24,513 bases of DNA from a virus. Taxonomy: Duplodnaviria; Caudoviricetes. Positions 8,158 through 15,653 of this stretch are shown here, in pieces. The notes beneath the pieces were generated by a model. It ran no database searches and was not told the origin of the DNA. It worked only from the letters and a program-made list of their open reading frames with translations. Location of the stretch: positions 1 through 24,513 of the IMG/VR virus record IMGVR_UViG_3300027491_000200; one strand, written 5' to 3'. A program made the position numbers and the translations under genes. Each line of letters opens with the position of its first letter. Within the stretch, counting starts at the first letter, position 1.

Positions 8158-8969
8158 TTTTCTGTTGTGGGTTGGTTGTTAGCTGTGACGAATTTCCATA
8201 ATCCAGTTTTAGCTCCCTGATGTATGATTTCAATCACAGCCTGGTCGATAGCGCTTCGAACCGCAATTGTGTTGGGTTCGTTCGCCGTCAGGCCAATTTC
8301 CGATTCTGCGGGAGTTACTCCATGCTCATAAAACTTAAAAAGGTTTCCGGAGGTCGCTACACTCGTGATTGTCTTTGTGACAGCCACAGATAGCAGAACC
8401 TCACCTGTCTGAACTGAAATGAATCTAAGAGAAACAGTGACAACATCCTTGCGGTATTGGGTGCTACCCGAGATTCCTAGAAGGCTAGCACCCGCGCCGC
8501 CAGTCAGAACGTTAGTGTCGTATCCGATGATACCGCCTTCTGCAATGATTCCAGCAAATAGAAGCGGTGATAGTTTTTCGGCCTCTTTGCCGAAGAAAGA
8601 TTCACGAGTCTGTGCGATCAGCTGGCGTTCCTTGATGAGGTTATCAAGCGATGCGCGCTCAAGCACCTGAAACCATTTACCCTGTCCAGAAATGCGCAGC
8701 GCGTCGATCAGCCAGGATTCTGCACCTTGCGTCACAGCTGATGAAAAAGACGCATACTGATCCACTGTCTTCCTTTGGCCTGTCTTATCGGCAAATGAAT
8801 ATACCGCAATAGTTATTCGACCACCATCGATAATTGGCAAAGCCAATAACTGTTTTTGCAACGGTGATTCTTGCTGCAGAGGAGCTTCAATAATCCGCGG
8901 TGACTTTGGCAGCGAGCCACAGCCAACTAAAGACAGCCCCAGCGCAATTGCTATCAGTACTCGCATCAT
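8154..8969 (-). CDS. csgG: curli secretion channel lipoprotein CsgG
   Basis: Lipobox LVGC; IAVYSF.DKTGQRK, FSSAVTQG, WF.VLER..L.NL.KERQ.I, EGGIIGYD.N, G.STQYR.D.VTV.LR..SV.TGEVL.SV motifs. Confidence 0.95.
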   Translation of the reverse strand: MMRVLIAIALGLSLVGCGSLPKSPRIIEAPLQQESPLQKQLLALPIIDGGRITIAVYSFADKTGQRKTVDQYASFSSAVTQGAESWLIDALRISGQGKWFQVLERASLDNLIKERQLIAQTRESFFGKEAEKLSPLLFAGIIAEGGIIGYDTNVLTGGAGASLLGISGSTQYRKDVVTVSLRFISVQTGEVLLSVAVTKTITSVATSGNLFKFYEHGVTPAESEIGLTANEPNTIAVRSAIDQAVIEIIHQGAKTGLWKFVTANNQPTTEK

Positions 8970-9466
8970 CCGTTTGGAGGAGTGCCCAGCGATCCTACTG
9001 GCACCTGAATCGAAGTCGTGTTTCCTGTGGAAGGATCGACGATATACAGAGTTACAAAATCGCCTGCTCTATTCCATGTTACTGTTGCTCCACCTTGCAA
9101 ATTGATAACGCCAAAGGTAGCACCAGATGCATTAAAAATTTCGTCAGTAACCTGAGATGCAAGCTGCGAGTAAATGCGAGCCTGCAGATTTACGATGAAG
9201 TTATTCAGTGGAGTATTCTGTCCTGCAAGTTTGAGATTTTCTGCCTCCGCCTTTGCAACATCCTTGATGGTTTGCTTGCGAGTACGTGCCAGATTCTCCT
9301 GAGTAAAAACGTGAGAAGAATATCCGATACCGTTGAATGCTGGAGACTTAAACGAATGCACCATGTCCGATCCGCGGACACAAGATGGCATTATGCTAAG
9401 AAATAGGATTATTGCTAGAGTTAGAAGCATCCACGTGTCTGATGACTGGTTGCGGTTTTGTTTCAT
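8966..9466 (-). CDS. csgF: curli assembly component CsgF-like
   Basis: Signal peptide then MVHSFKSPAFNG, F..NLQARIYSQLASQ, and C-terminal G.TT.I.VP; directly upstream of csgG. Alternative start at ATG 9430. Confidence 0.85.
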   Translation of the reverse strand: MKQNRNQSSDTWMLLTLAIILFLSIMPSCVRGSDMVHSFKSPAFNGIGYSSHVFTQENLARTRKQTIKDVAKAEAENLKLAGQNTPLNNFIVNLQARIYSQLASQVTDEIFNASGATFGVINLQGGATVTWNRAGDFVTLYIVDPSTGNTTSIQVPVGSLGTPPNG

Positions 9467-9752
9467 CCGGTTTTGGTATTGGAGGGTTTGTGCGACTTAT
9501 TGGATTTTCGCCGCGTTGTACCTCGATAGCAGTATTGATCTTTTGCTCAAGACGAATCAGATCGTTATCGAGCATACGGATTCTATCGATCAGAGCAATC
9601 ATCGTTTTCTTTGCTTCTGATAGCTTCGAGTTGATATTTTCAGTCACAAATTTCCAGACGAAGTAAATGAAGTATCCCATGCCGCCCGCAGCCATGATGG
9701 GCAGGCCGTATTGGTTTACTGCATTTTTAAAAGTATTAATCTCTTCTTGCAT
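9396..9752 (-). CDS. single-TM coiled-coil membrane protein (paralog of 9736-10020)
   Basis: YGLPIMAAGGMGYFIYFVW TM, then IDRIRMLDNDLIRLE. Confidence 0.75.
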   Translation of the reverse strand: MQEEINTFKNAVNQYGLPIMAAGGMGYFIYFVWKFVTENINSKLSEAKKTMIALIDRIRMLDNDLIRLEQKINTAIEVQRGENPISRTNPPIPKPDETKPQPVIRHVDASNSSNNPIS

Positions 9753-10020
9753 CGGTCTTTCCGTCAGTACGTGCCAATCTTTCCAGATCGACTCTCAGAC
9801 CAAAGCGCGAGGATACAAGAGCGTCAATCCGAATCAGATCGTTATTCATGGTACGAATACGATTGTTCAACATCGTAGCCAGACCGTTGAGCGATTCCAC
9901 ATCTGAAACAACTCCGGCCAAGATGTACTTCAGCAAGATCACTATGAAGACTCCGCCGACAGCCACTGCGGCTACCGAGAAGCCCAGATCCATTATTGAC
10001 TTGAAGGTCTCGAAGTTCAT
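9736..10020 (-). CDS. single-TM coiled-coil membrane protein (paralog of 9396-9752)
   Basis: LGFSVAAVAVGGVFIVILL TM, then NNRIRTMNNDLIRID. Confidence 0.75.
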   Translation of the reverse strand: MNFETFKSIMDLGFSVAAVAVGGVFIVILLKYILAGVVSDVESLNGLATMLNNRIRTMNNDLIRIDALVSSRFGLRVDLERLARTDGKTDARRD

Positions 10021-10277
10021 TCAGTGATGATCTTGGCGATGAATGTCTCAAACTCCTCTACCTTCTTGACGCGATTAGGCCACTTAATGTATTCCTTTTC
10101 GGGATTCTTCTTTAAGTTCTGCAATAGCGGAAGGATCGCATTGTAGAGACGATTGAGCTTGTCCTCGTGTTCTGCAACACGCTGGTATGCCACATCCACT
10201 TGCTTTGTGACCTCTAGTTCATTCTCGTCAACTGCAGTGAATCCAAAATCAAAAATAGGATCTTCGTTTGCGCTCAT
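10017..10277 (-). CDS. conserved T4-like hypothetical protein
   Basis: DFGFTAVDE.EL ... LYNAILPLL.NLK.NPEKEYI.WPNR motif; ATG at 10277 preferred. Confidence 0.75.
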   Translation of the reverse strand: MSANEDPIFDFGFTAVDENELEVTKQVDVAYQRVAEHEDKLNRLYNAILPLLQNLKKNPEKEYIKWPNRVKKVEEFETFIAKIITE

Positions 10278-10278
10278 A

Positions 10279-10464
10279 TTAGGTAAGTAATGCTGAAACC
10301 ATAAAACCCAAAGTAAATCCCATTGCTGCGCCAATCACGATAGCATAGATAGCATCTACCACTCGGTCGCCCTGATAGGCAATCGACTGAATTGCTATTT
10401 TCTGCGCTCTTTCTTCGGCTGGAGATTTAGGATCCATAAAAGGTGACGCTGGGTGTAGCGTCAT
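10279..10464 (-). CDS. small membrane protein
   Basis: C-terminal hydrophobic helix; immediately follows the late promoter. Start at 10464 or 10437. Confidence 0.6.
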   Translation of the reverse strand: MTLHPASPFMDPKSPAEERAQKIAIQSIAYQGDRVVDAIYAIVIGAAMGFTLGFMVSALLT

Positions 10465-10467
10465 CCA

Positions 10468-10475
10468 TATTTATA
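10468..10475 (-). promoter_or_regulatory. T4-type late promoter TATAAATA
   Basis: Exact gp55 consensus in the intergenic gap heading the csg/fecR/cyclase gene run. Confidence 0.8.
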
Positions 10476-10492
10476 GATTCTTGAGCTATTAC

Positions 10493-11242
10493 CTAGGCTA
10501 TTACCTGATGGAGCGTTTTGCTTATTGCTTTACGCTTATCTTGCGCGTGTTTTATTCCAGGGTCAAAATTTCCCCACTTATTGTCCACATTTGTTTTAGA
10601 TAGACGAGCACGAGTGGCGTCATAACGCGCTGCAATTCTTTCGATCGGCCCGATGTGGTGATAATGCAATAAGTATGTTGGTGGCTCAATCTCTGGTGAT
10701 GGACACTGCCGATCATTTCCATCAATGTCGATCCAAGTGCAGGTATGAGCACCTGCAGAAAAATCTATGCTGCGTAGTCGTCTGGGCGAGAACAGTACTG
10801 GCTTTCCATACCACTTATCATCGCGACCACCCATCTTGATCTCATCGTAAATCTGACCAGATGTAGTGGGCATCGTTTCGCTGAACATCTCAAATCCATA
10901 TGGCTTGATTACACCTAGCTTTTGCGTATCATACTGCTCAAGTGTATACTCCGCGCCCTTTGGAAAGTAGATCAGCTCGTCTGCATCTACGCAGATCACC
11001 CAGTCTGACTTGTGATTATTGATCCAACCAGTATTCTTGATGTGCTTTGCCACAGCATCATTCAGGCCGTCTGTCTTCCAATCCTGAACTATCGCGCCGT
11101 ATTCTCGACAGATATTTCTGCTGTTATCTGTCGAGAATGCATCGTAAACTAATATCTTATCTGCGAACGTGCTGTAGTGTCGCAGCGTGTAAGGTAATAT
11201 AGTTTCCTCGTTAAAGGAGAGGATCAGTACCTGGATGTTCAC
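10493..11242 (-). CDS. GT2-like glycosyltransferase
   Basis: FNEE..LPY.L.HY, VYD..STD.S, DWVICVDADE (DxD motif), LLHYH. Confidence 0.85.
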   Translation of the reverse strand: MNIQVLILSFNEETILPYTLRHYSTFADKILVYDAFSTDNSRNICREYGAIVQDWKTDGLNDAVAKHIKNTGWINNHKSDWVICVDADELIYFPKGAEYTLEQYDTQKLGVIKPYGFEMFSETMPTTSGQIYDEIKMGGRDDKWYGKPVLFSPRRLRSIDFSAGAHTCTWIDIDGNDRQCPSPEIEPPTYLLHYHHIGPIERIAARYDATRARLSKTNVDNKWGNFDPGIKHAQDKRKAISKTLHQVIA

Positions 11243-11833
11243 TTACTTTGTCTTGATGAATGTATTTGCGTCTACCGGCTTTGCGACATTCTTGAATCCG
11301 CGCGTCTGAGCAGCACGGAAAACAAAGTATGGCCACCAGATAAACTTAGGAACACGAACAATCTTTACGTTTGATGCAGTAACAGCAACAGCATCTGCAT
11401 CCCATAGACGTACCACCACTGGCTTACCGCTTGTGGAAGTCACGTTATTGATGATGACATTCCGAGTAGGAGCCCGGCCAATCCACCAGTAATTATCAAA
11501 CTGTCCAATATCGATATCACAGTCTTTGCCATTCCCATCAAATACCAGATTTTCTAGCAACGCGCCATCAATCGATCCTTTGAGCGTGATACCATTATGG
11601 TAAGGTAGCAAAGTGCTATTGCGAATTACGTAGTTCGATCCGCGTACTGCATCGATGCAATCTTCCTTTCCACCATGGATCGTGCAGTTATCGACAGTGC
11701 AGTTTGTGCAATTAGAGAACTTCAGAATATCTGAGTACTCAAGAGAATTGTTACCGTTATCAGGAATGATGCGGTGAGAAATTACTGTACCATTCTCGCC
11801 AGCGTGGGATTCGTAATTCTTGTCGGCAGCCAT
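11243..11833 (-). CDS. right-handed beta-helix (pectin lyase-like) protein
   Basis: Repeats such as NCTNCTVDNCTIHGGKEDCIDAVRGSNYVIRNSTL; ATG at 11833 preferred over the longer ORF. Confidence 0.75.
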   Translation of the reverse strand: MAADKNYESHAGENGTVISHRIIPDNGNNSLEYSDILKFSNCTNCTVDNCTIHGGKEDCIDAVRGSNYVIRNSTLLPYHNGITLKGSIDGALLENLVFDGNGKDCDIDIGQFDNYWWIGRAPTRNVIINNVTSTSGKPVVVRLWDADAVAVTASNVKIVRVPKFIWWPYFVFRAAQTRGFKNVAKPVDANTFIKTK

Positions 11834-11834
11834 A

Positions 11835-12089
11835 TTAGAAAGAAACCGGCGCCATTTTAACAGTGGCAGATGCTGAGATGCTTTCGGCAGGAAGTTTACG
11901 AACAAACGCTTCAGTGTAAGTCTTTAGCGTAAAGCTACCAGTGGTAACATCCGACGCATTTTTAATTGTGACTAGAACATCACTTGCAGTGCTGTTATAA
12001 ACACGAATGAGCTGATGACCGTTTAGTGTGGATCCAGCGGTTCCAACAGAAGTTTCTGCTGCGAGTACTTTAAGAATTGTAGCGACCAT
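11835..12089 (-). CDS. small beta-rich protein, possibly virion-associated
   Basis: IRVYN...VTI....G.FTL pattern; AATAAATA late-promoter variant just upstream (about 12097-12104). Confidence 0.65.
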   Translation of the reverse strand: MVATILKVLAAETSVGTAGSTLNGHQLIRVYNSTASDVLVTIKNASDVTTGSFTLKTYTEAFVRKLPAESISASATVKMAPVSF

Positions 12090-12095
12090 AGTGAT

Positions 12096-12671
12096 TTATT
12101 TATTGAGTTTGCGAATCGCGTATTGCGATCCTTTTCCTAGAAATTCGATATGATCTGCGTAGCACGTAGCAAATACATCAATTGCTATACGTGGACAGTC
12201 GATGTCTCTTGGCATCACTCGCCAGCTGTAGTCATCAAATACTATCACGCCACCAGGCCTTAGTATTTCAAACGAAAGTACAGCATCTCGCAGCACGTTC
12301 ATCGCATCGTGAGCCGCATCGACGTAAACAAAATCCAGCTGCAAATTGCTACCCCAGAGCAGCTGGTTAGAATACTCGGTGTGAATCACTACATTAGAAT
12401 ATTGCTTGAGCTTTTCGCGAGTGATTGCTTCATTGTTCGTACAGTCGATTCCTGCTATAGAATGCTCGATTGATCCTGTGAACGGATCGACGCAGATATA
12501 TTTGCTAGTAGGATCAGTAAAGATGTTGTCAAGAAACCATTGTGCAGAATCACCCTGAAAGGTGCCAAGTTCCATGCCAACAATGTTGGGCTTACCCTTA
12601 AGATGTCCTATCCATTTGAGCCAATTAGGCCCATGGACTCTGCCGCATTCACTTTTAGCAATATTCTCCAT
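12096..12671 (-). CDS. class I SAM-dependent methyltransferase (Methyltransf_24-like)
   Basis: ELGTFQGDS, CVDPF.G, DFVYVDAAH, L.PGGVIVFDDY.W. Confidence 0.9.
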   Translation of the reverse strand: MENIAKSECGRVHGPNWLKWIGHLKGKPNIVGMELGTFQGDSAQWFLDNIFTDPTSKYICVDPFTGSIEHSIAGIDCTNNEAITREKLKQYSNVVIHTEYSNQLLWGSNLQLDFVYVDAAHDAMNVLRDAVLSFEILRPGGVIVFDDYSWRVMPRDIDCPRIAIDVFATCYADHIEFLGKGSQYAIRKLNK

Positions 12672-12677
12672 GTGAGT

Positions 12678-12691
12678 CTATTTATAAATAG
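12678..12691. promoter_or_regulatory. bidirectional overlapping T4 late promoters
   Basis: Perfect palindrome CTATTTATAAATAG contains TATAAATA on both strands (12683-12690 plus, 12686-12679 minus), each 7 nt from a divergent ATG. Confidence 0.85.
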
Positions 12692-12697
12692 CTCGGA

Positions 12698-13699
12698 ATG
12701 ATGCGATTACTTGCAGTATTACCTTTACTATTTTTGCTCACTGGTTGCCAAATGCTGATGGGCTTAGGAAGTAAGATAGGGTCGCTAGGTGATCGACTCA
12801 ATAAGAATAATGGCGACACCTCGGGTACTGTCGCAGGCGCAACGGCAACAGCAGGCGCAGTGGATCGTATGACGGAAATTGCTCGGCGCGAAGCTGAAGC
12901 ACGTAGAGCACTCGAGGCACAATACGAAAAGTTTCGCCAGGAGTTAGCAGCGGCTTATGCAGCACGCGAAAAGGTAGACAACGAAAATTTCGACAAGATT
13001 TCAGAGATCAACTACGGCATCATTTCTGCTACAGAAGAGGTAGTAGGTCTCGACAAGCGAGTGCTGATTGCAAATCTCAAGGCCAAGGAAAACGCGGAAA
13101 TGCTAATGCCTGTACCTGATCCTAAGAAGAAAGCAATCGATGCAGAAATACTGGAAGATGTTAAGAAGGAACTCGCCGATATTACAAAGAAGTACGAAGC
13201 AAAAACCAAAGAGGCGCAAGCTGCTGCTAAACGCTATGAGGAAGCCGATGCGCTTGTCAAGAAGAAGGAAGCAGAAAAGGTAAAGCTTCGTATGGATCAA
13301 GCGACTGCGCTAAAAAAGATTCAGGAAGAACAAGCTGCAGAACGTGAACGAATGCTTAAAGAAGCTAAGGATGCTGTCGAGATTGCAAAAGAAAAGCAGC
13401 GTCTTGAGATGGTCGGATGGATTGTTAAGGCACTGCTGGGCGTGGGTATTCTACTGCTGCTGATCGGATTCCTGATGAAATCACCGACGTTTATTGTCTC
13501 TGGTATTGCAATGCTTGGTCTGTCATATGTCGCTGCCACAATTCCGTTCTGGGTTGTTGCCACAGTGATGGGATTGGGCGTGCTTGCAATGGTGCTATTA
13601 GATCCGAAGGGCAAACCACACTTTGCAAAGAAAAAGGCGGAAGCACCAACAACGGTACCTCCGCCTTCACCTCCACCATCTGCGCCTACCTCACAGTAG
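12698..13699 (+). CDS. lipoprotein with long coiled coil and C-terminal TM helices
   Basis: Lipobox LLTGC; ~180 aa E/K/A-rich heptad region; 2-3 hydrophobic segments; Pro-rich tail. Confidence 0.8.
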   Translation: MMRLLAVLPLLFLLTGCQMLMGLGSKIGSLGDRLNKNNGDTSGTVAGATATAGAVDRMTEIARREAEARRALEAQYEKFRQELAAAYAAREKVDNENFDKISEINYGIISATEEVVGLDKRVLIANLKAKENAEMLMPVPDPKKKAIDAEILEDVKKELADITKKYEAKTKEAQAAAKRYEEADALVKKKEAEKVKLRMDQATALKKIQEEQAAERERMLKEAKDAVEIAKEKQRLEMVGWIVKALLGVGILLLLIGFLMKSPTFIVSGIAMLGLSYVAATIPFWVVATVMGLGVLAMVLLDPKGKPHFAKKKAEAPTTVPPPSPPPSAPTSQ

Positions 13700-13710
13700 G
13701 GCGCAAAGTA

Positions 13711-13941
13711 TTATTCGGTATCTTCGCCTTCGCCTTCACCCTCTACGAAAGCGTAGAGCTTCTTGGCGATCTTGAGAGCCTCACGGACGCGCTTGTCCTC
13801 TGGGATCTCGTATCCCTTGCCATCACCAGCGAGGTGACGGGCAAGATCAAGTTGAGTGAAGTACGCGCTGTCAGCCTGTGCGACAGCGAGCTGAAGAACC
13901 TCGAGACGAATCTCGTAAGCATTTTTACCAGTATTAGCCAT
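13711..13941 (-). CDS. conserved T4-like small hypothetical protein
   Basis: KNAYEIRLEVL..A ... A.KLY.FV motif. Confidence 0.75.
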   Translation of the reverse strand: MANTGKNAYEIRLEVLQLAVAQADSAYFTQLDLARHLAGDGKGYEIPEDKRVREALKIAKKLYAFVEGEGEGEDTE

Positions 13942-14098
13942 TGTTTTTCCTTTTCTTTTTGGGTTGTGTCTGTGTGTCTGTGTGTTGGGTAGAAGGTACA
14001 GACTTATCCTTCACCCCAAAAATTGCATCCCAGTTAGCAGCAAAGGTATCTTGCGAAACGCTAAATGGCCGCGGTTTAGATCCTTTGCCATTACTCAT
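13934..14098 (-). CDS. small conserved phage protein
   Basis: GKGSKPRPFSVS...F..NWD.IFG motif; ATG at 14098 overlaps the TGA of the upstream ORF. Confidence 0.7.
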   Translation of the reverse strand: MSNGKGSKPRPFSVSQDTFAANWDAIFGVKDKSVPSTQHTDTQTQPKKKRKNNG

Positions 14099-14304
14099 TT
14101 CCGATCCTCGATGATCTCGACTGTCCAATCTGATCCGTTGTAGATATGGTCCCACAAGATCTCTTTTCCAGCATCATCTGTTACTCCAGCGCGCTGCGCG
14201 ATACGATCTACCAGAATATCGGTATACTTATTGTGGTGGTCAATCATTGCGCGGACAAACTCGATGTCCGCCAAGTGTTTCTTTTCGATCTTAAGCTTCT
14301 TCAT
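14095..14304 (-). CDS. hypothetical protein
   Basis: ORF from ATG 14304 (MKKLKIEKKH...) packed between neighbours. Confidence 0.65.
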   Translation of the reverse strand: MKKLKIEKKHLADIEFVRAMIDHHNKYTDILVDRIAQRAGVTDDAGKEILWDHIYNGSDWTVEIIEDRK

Positions 14305-14881
14305 ATTTACTTTTACTTGGAATGTATGGCTTGTAGTCAGCATATGCTTCTGTCTTTGCAACCTCGGTATTCAATGCCTTAAACCAGCCATTGCGGACAT
14401 GAAGCTGGCCAGGAGCACCAGTAACTTCACAAGTTCTCGCAGATGCAATCTCTGCAAAGTGAACTATACCATCTATATAATCTCTATACCGCTTGTTCAC
14501 CTCTTTAAGATCAGGATACTTTTCTTCTAGACGAGCATTTTCTTTATCAAATTCTAGATGATAGTAAAAGCGCAAGCTACCAAACTTTTCTTTAACTTGA
14601 TCTGCAACAACCTGAGGTGCTTCAACTCGATAATAGTAACTCTGCTTACCCATAAGATGATTGTATGGAGTAATACCAAATAGCTTGCCATCTTCTTCAT
14701 CAACCTCGACAGAGGTATTGTAGGTGTATGTCAATGCCTCGCAAAGAGTATCCAGCAGATCATACCAACCATCGCCAACCTCAAAGCCCCAGGACATACA
14801 GGACTCCTGTGGTGACTTGCTGCGATTGATAAAAATCTTAGGATATTTCTCGCAGAGTTTCTTGTCTAGTTCTGGGCTCAT
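14291..14881 (-). CDS. conserved phage hypothetical protein (QxKEKFGxLRFY family)
   Basis: L.EKYPKIF, CM.WGFE.GDGW, QVKEKFGSLRFYY, S..TCE..G.PG motifs. Confidence 0.8.
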   Translation of the reverse strand: MSPELDKKLCEKYPKIFINRSKSPQESCMSWGFEVGDGWYDLLDTLCEALTYTYNTSVEVDEEDGKLFGITPYNHLMGKQSYYYRVEAPQVVADQVKEKFGSLRFYYHLEFDKENARLEEKYPDLKEVNKRYRDYIDGIVHFAEIASARTCEVTGAPGQLHVRNGWFKALNTEVAKTEAYADYKPYIPSKSKYEEA

Positions 14882-15102
14882 AGATTGCCTCCGTAGTAAT
14901 TATACACCTTCTGCAGCGCAGATAGATCATCCATTTCTTCCACAAGCGCCATTCTGTCGTATGCAGTCAGCTTCTTGCGGCTCGTAATCTTATTAATGCT
15001 GCGCTCGAGTGTGTCAATTGACTCGCGCAAAGAACAGATTACGATGCGATCTGCAGCTTCGTCGTCAAGTGTGAGTTGGTATTTTTTAGTTGTAGTTGCC
15101 AT
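14878..15102 (-). CDS. hypothetical protein (74 aa)
   Basis: Tightly packed ORF with ATGA overlap. Confidence 0.7.
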   Translation of the reverse strand: MATTTKKYQLTLDDEAADRIVICSLRESIDTLERSINKITSRKKLTAYDRMALVEEMDDLSALQKVYNYYGGNL

Positions 15103-15313
15103 AATCGGGCCAATTGAAACTCTCCTCTAGGAAGAGCCTCATGCTGTCATAGAATCTATCATCTTCCTCTGCTGATGCAAACTTAATTCCACGTTTTTCT
15201 AAAACTTCGTAGAAAGCAATATGGGCAGCAATGATGTCCTCCATGAGAACTTCACGCCCGACCATCTTAGGTTTGAAAATAGGCTGATCAGTAACTGATG
15301 GTGTCTTATTCAT
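15086..15313 (-). CDS. hypothetical protein (75 aa)
   Basis: Tightly packed ORF. Confidence 0.65.
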   Translation of the reverse strand: MNKTPSVTDQPIFKPKMVGREVLMEDIIAAHIAFYEVLEKRGIKFASAEEDDRFYDSMRLFLEESFNWPDYGNYN

Positions 15314-15653
15314 AATTTTTTGGATCGTATTCCTCGCCTGCTTTGGTGTAAACGTATTCTCTTAATTCATTAGCAGCTTGTAGATATTTTAATCTAAGCT
15401 CGTGAAACTTTAGATCGTTTACATCGCGGTATATAGCGTAGTGCGAGAAAGCATAATCTAATCCTTCCGTACGAATGATAGAAACTATACTTTCAGCATG
15501 CTCCTGAGAGATAATCGGACCGCGATACTCTGGAGGATTGATATCTTCTAATATAACTTCCTGCGAATTCTTCGCAGCAAAGGATGTCACGCCAAAAGTA
15601 ATTAGCGCGGCCGAAAAAAATGCTGCAGTTGCTGCTGCGGTAATCTTATTCAT
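15306..15653 (-). CDS. hypothetical protein with N-terminal signal/anchor
   Basis: From ATG 15653: MNKITAAATAAFFSAALITFGVTSFAA hydrophobic leader. Confidence 0.65.
   Translation of the reverse strand: MNKITAAATAAFFSAALITFGVTSFAAKNSQEVILEDINPPEYRGPIISQEHAESIVSIIRTEGLDYAFSHYAIYRDVNDLKFHELRLKYLQAANELREYVYTKAGEEYDPKNYE

Noticed and set aside
4138-9466. Bacterial chromosome or host contamination as the origin of the csg/cyclase genes
   Set aside because: The block is contiguous with gp33/gp59, sits under a T4 late promoter, and the cyclase stop lies in the phage-type box.
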